From Pseudomonadota bacterium (GTDB taxonomy: Bacteria; Pseudomonadota; Gammaproteobacteria; Burkholderiales; Burkholderiaceae_E): 62,372 bases of DNA. Where the stretch lies: assembly GCA_029779755.1 (NCBI GenBank), contig JAKOZZ010000070.1:1-62372 (forward strand), written 5' to 3'. The notes beneath the pieces were generated by a model that was not told where the DNA came from, made no database searches, and worked only from the letters and a program-made list of their open reading frames with translations. The translations under genes were made by a program, and so were the position numbers. The stretch's first letter is position 1. Every line of letters starts with the position of its first letter. Shown here in pieces: positions 60,358 to 62,372 of the stretch.

Positions 60358-61950
60358 CTACGGGCGCGCGTCCAGCAGGCCGCAGCGCGCCAGGGTCGCG
60401 AGGAAGCCCGCGCATTGTGCGTCGAGCTCGTCCTCGGTCGGGGCCTCGGCGGACGCTGCCGCCGCGCCGGCGGGCGCTTTGGCAGGCGCCGCCCCCGACG
60501 ACGGCTTCGGCTTCGGCGGGACCCAGGTGCTGGCGAACAGTGCCCGCACCGCGTCGCTGCTGATCCGTCCGTCGAGTGCGCGCAGCACCGGGGCCAGTTC
60601 CCGCATGTCGACGTTGTGGTGTCCGTTGTCGGTCATGAACAGCCCGTGCTCGAGCTGGAAGCGCGCCAGCCGGGACAGCGGCGGCGGAGGCGCGTCGGAC
60701 GGCGGCGCCGCGCGCACGGCCGGAACGCCGTCGCCGACCGGGGACAGCAGACCCGCGAACATCAGCCGCATCAGCACGCCACCGGCCGTGGCCAGGCGTG
60801 CCGGTTCGGTGTCCTCGCCGCCGGTCAGGCGCGCGGCGAGCGCACGGGTGGTGATCGTGCAGTCCGGGCTCTGATCGAGCTGCAGCAGCGCCGTCTTGAT
60901 CAGCGCGTGGTTGGTGCTGATGCCCGGGCCGTCGAAGCGCTCGAAGCGTGCGGTGCTGTCGTCGTCGCCGCGCACCTCGCCCACCGGGCGCAGCGTGGTG
61001 GTCCAGCGCGCGTCGGCCGCCGCGTCCAGGGCGATCCCGCCGGACGGTGCGCGGTCGGCGTGGCACAGCAGCGCGCGGCTGAAGCGGTTCGCGTTCAGGA
61101 AGTCCAGGTACTGTTGGCGGGCCAGCGCACTGCCGGCCGACACCCGTTCGAGCCAGGCGCGCACCTCGGGCCCGCCGTCGGGGTCGGCCATCGTCTCCGC
61201 ATCCGCATCGCCGAACCACGCCAGCCCGTGCGCCGCGGCGAGATCGGCGAACTCGTGCAGGTAGAACGGCTGGTTCTCGGGCGACAGGTCGTCGTGGAAC
61301 AGCGACGCGTCGCCGTTGGCGGTCGCGTGCTTCGCCTCGGTGCGCAAGGCCGCGAGGAAGGCCGGCGCAGGGCCCTCGGGCAGTGCGCGGATCGAGTCCA
61401 TCAGCGCGCGCGCGGGCGGCACGATCGACGGATCGTACGCATGGCCCTTCAGGTGAAAGCGCATCAGGTCGCGCGCCACGTGCCGGATCCGGCAGCCGGG
61501 CAGCGCGTTGTAGCTGACGAAGGCCACGCCGTCGGGCGTGAGCACGTCGGCGATCAGCTTCAGTGTGGCGAGCCGCACCGGCTGCGGCACCCAGGAGAAC
61601 AGGCCGTGGGCGATCACGTAGTCGAACCGGCCGATGCGCGCGGCGTCGAGCTGCGTGACGTCGCCCTGCCGCAGCTCGATGTTGTCCAGGCCCAGCGTGC
61701 GGATGGCCGCGTTGCCTTCGTCGATCGGGGTCTGCGCGAGGTCCACGCCGACGAATCGGGCCTGCGGCCAGTACCAGGCGAGCGGGATCAGGTTGCGCCC
61801 GGCGCCGCAGCCGAGATCGAGCACCCGCGCCGTGGCGGGGGGCGGTGCGGCCACGCCCAGCAGGCGCGCCATGCCGGCGAGCCGGTTGGGGGAGGTGTCG
61901 GGATGGGTGCCGCCGCCGTAGGCGAGGGCGTCGTAGGCGGTCAGGGACAT
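60358..61950 (-). CDS. Class I SAM-dependent methyltransferase with a regulatory-type domain
   Basis: RVLDLGCGAGRNL, FDYVIAHGLFSWVP, FVSYNALPG, QQYLDF...FSRALL; GGAG SD before ATG 61950. Confidence 0.85.
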   Translation of the reverse strand: MSLTAYDALAYGGGTHPDTSPNRLAGMARLLGVAAPPPATARVLDLGCGAGRNLIPLAWYWPQARFVGVDLAQTPIDEGNAAIRTLGLDNIELRQGDVTQLDAARIGRFDYVIAHGLFSWVPQPVRLATLKLIADVLTPDGVAFVSYNALPGCRIRHVARDLMRFHLKGHAYDPSIVPPARALMDSIRALPEGPAPAFLAALRTEAKHATANGDASLFHDDLSPENQPFYLHEFADLAAAHGLAWFGDADAETMADPDGGPEVRAWLERVSAGSALARQQYLDFLNANRFSRALLCHADRAPSGGIALDAAADARWTTTLRPVGEVRGDDDSTARFERFDGPGISTNHALIKTALLQLDQSPDCTITTRALAARLTGGEDTEPARLATAGGVLMRLMFAGLLSPVGDGVPAVRAAPPSDAPPPPLSRLARFQLEHGLFMTDNGHHNVDMRELAPVLRALDGRISSDAVRALFASTWVPPKPKPSSGAAPAKAPAGAAAASAEAPTEDELDAQCAGFLATLARCGLLDARP

Positions 61951-62020
61951 GGGCGACTCCGCGAGCGTGGTCCGGGCGCAGTCAATGTACACGCCGCCGC
62001 GTCGCGGCGCGGGGTCCGGG

Positions 62021-62372
62021 TCAGGTGTCGCGCCTGGTCGGGCCGCGCCGCCGCGCCGGGGCCGCGTCAGGCCGCTGGGCGTCGGGCCGCTGGGCTTCGG
62101 GCGGCCGGGCGTCCGGCGCCTGCGCGCCGGCCCGTCGGGTGCCCGCCCCCTGCGCATCGGCCCCCGTGCGGCCGGCCCGCCGCCCGTCGGGCGGCTGCGC
62201 GTCGCCTTCGGCGTGCCGCGCCAGCAGCCGTGCCAGGTGCTGACCCGTGTGGCTGCGCGGCTCGGCGGCGACCTGCTCGGGCGTGCCTTCGACGAGCAGC
62301 TCGCCGCCGCCGGCGCCGCCTTCGGGGCCGAGGTCGATCACCCAGTCGGCGGTCTTGATCACGTCCAGGTTG
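62021..62372 (-). CDS. uvrA: Excinuclease ABC subunit A, 3' end (truncated by window end)
   Basis: [23 protein letters not shown]...GTPEQVA...SHTG. Confidence 0.92.
   Translation of the reverse strand, partial: NLDVIKTADWVIDLGPEGGAGGGELLVEGTPEQVAAEPRSHTGQHLARLLARHAEGDAQPPDGRRAGRTGADAQGAGTRRAGAQAPDARPPEAQRPDAQRPDAAPARRRGPTRRDT

Overview
High-GC, mostly core-genome chromosome segment. Gene content and order point to a Burkholderiales betaproteobacterium (inference). In order: the end of the S10 operon plus the complete spc and alpha ribosomal-protein operons (rplB to rplQ, with secY, infA, rpoA); a NodI/NodJ-like ABC-2 exporter; cutA, corA, hemB, engB, cytochrome c4, msrPQ, lysA, lptM, cyaY, mrcA; pilMNOPQ extended by an extra Ig-like-repeat lipoprotein gene; aroK, aroB, dgt; a Zn alcohol dehydrogenase; gltBD; a small-membrane-protein/LytS/LytTR module with candidate LytTR boxes; several stand-alone enzymes; a full cbb3 oxidase cluster; mtnA with a class II aldolase; a large SAM methyltransferase; and the 3' end of uvrA. 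Four small genes missing from the ORF track were read by hand (rpmD, rpmJ, lptM, ccoQ). I saw no rRNA, tRNA, CRISPR array, transposase or prophage. The best candidates for undescribed biology are the Ig-like lipoprotein apparently co-transcribed with a long-loop PilQ, the LytTR module, an altered uL2 loop, an infA without its usual start codon, and an 11 x 11-bp intergenic array. All family calls come from motif recognition by eye; no searches were run.
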